From Chiloscyllium plagiosum (lineage: Eukaryota), in contig NC_057753.1 in assembly GCF_004010195.1 (NCBI RefSeq), forward strand, positions 10,970,421-11,016,549: a DNA stretch of 46,129 bases, written 5' to 3'. Under the pieces are notes generated by a model. It was not told the DNA's origin. It saw nothing but the letters and a program-made list of their open reading frames with translations, and did no database searches. Within the stretch, counting starts at the first letter, position 1; the number at the start of each line of letters is the position of its first letter. The position numbers and the translations under genes are program-made. Below, piece after piece: positions 45,472 to 46,129 of the stretch.

Positions 45472-45869
45472 GTCTTAGTTACCCGGGTGAGGGAGATTGG
45501 GAAGGGGGTAGACGTAGACATCTTTTGTGTTGTTATTTTTAAAATGCACCCGCTTCCCGCAAATAAATGTAAGATCAGTAAATGCAATATTTCTCAGTGC
45601 AGCCGGCTGCGACGGTTTTGCACCCTCTCCTCTTCCTCCGCCTTGGCTCCAGCACCTTCGGCTTCCTTCCCCCATCCGCCCCACCCCGAGGCGTTGATGC
45701 TTCCGAGCTGACCCTCAGAAGTTCGGTTTGTTTTCCTCCATTCTTTTCCGGTTGTCTTTTGTTGGGTTTTGAAAACTTTTTCGCCCAAACGTCTCATTGA
45801 GTCCAGGAGTTGGGAGGTAATGTTATGGCTGTAACCGGACGTTGATTAGGAATATTGTGTGCAATTCTG

Positions 45870-46129
45870 GTCTACCTCCGATCGGCCTCCAAACCCACCC
45901 CATCCACCTGGACACCCCGCCCTCGATCTCTTCATAAGCCAACTGCCGCCGCGACATTAACCGCCTCAACCTCTCCACCCCTCTCACCCACTCCAACCTC
46001 TCACCCTCGGAACGTGCAGCCCTCCACTCCCTCCGTTCCAACCCCAACTTCACTATTAAACCGGCAGACAAGGGAGGTGCAGTAGTAGTTTGGCGCACCG
46101 ACCTTTACACCGCTGAGGCTAAACGCCAG
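45870..46129 (+). mobile_element. Penelope-like RT N-terminal region, truncated by window end
   Basis: SNLSPSERAALHSLRSNPNFTIKPADKGGAVVVWRTDLYTAEAKRQ, with the PADKG motif of Penelope RTs. Confidence 0.88.

Overview
Vertebrate genomic DNA, almost certainly from a cartilaginous fish: it carries HE1-type V-SINEs with (AATCT)n tails, CR1/HER1-type LINEs and Penelope-like elements typical of shark assemblies. The window is part of a transposon-dense cluster of C2H2 zinc-finger genes with no visible KRAB domain. It holds one intact 16-finger ORF (16597-17946, +), two disrupted finger arrays (3262-4200 +, 30120-30514 -), one older relic (13619-14270) and several duplicated promoter/exon-1 modules. 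Most remaining sequence is fragmented CR1, SINE, Penelope and LTR material, plus a 393-N gap. Three signals stand out. (1) A broken class I endogenous retrovirus (32290-33960, -) whose pol frame, after removing a 44-bp duplication, encodes a CNPase-like 2H phosphoesterase (HCT...HIS) between protease and RT. (2) Short, TSD-flanked, often palindromic Penelope-terminus inserts carrying minimal hammerhead ribozyme cores. (3) Different Penelope ends sitting at the same splice-donor position in two paralogous ZNF 5' modules. All calls were made by eye, so repeat boundaries are approximate and family names rest on recalled consensus, not database searches.
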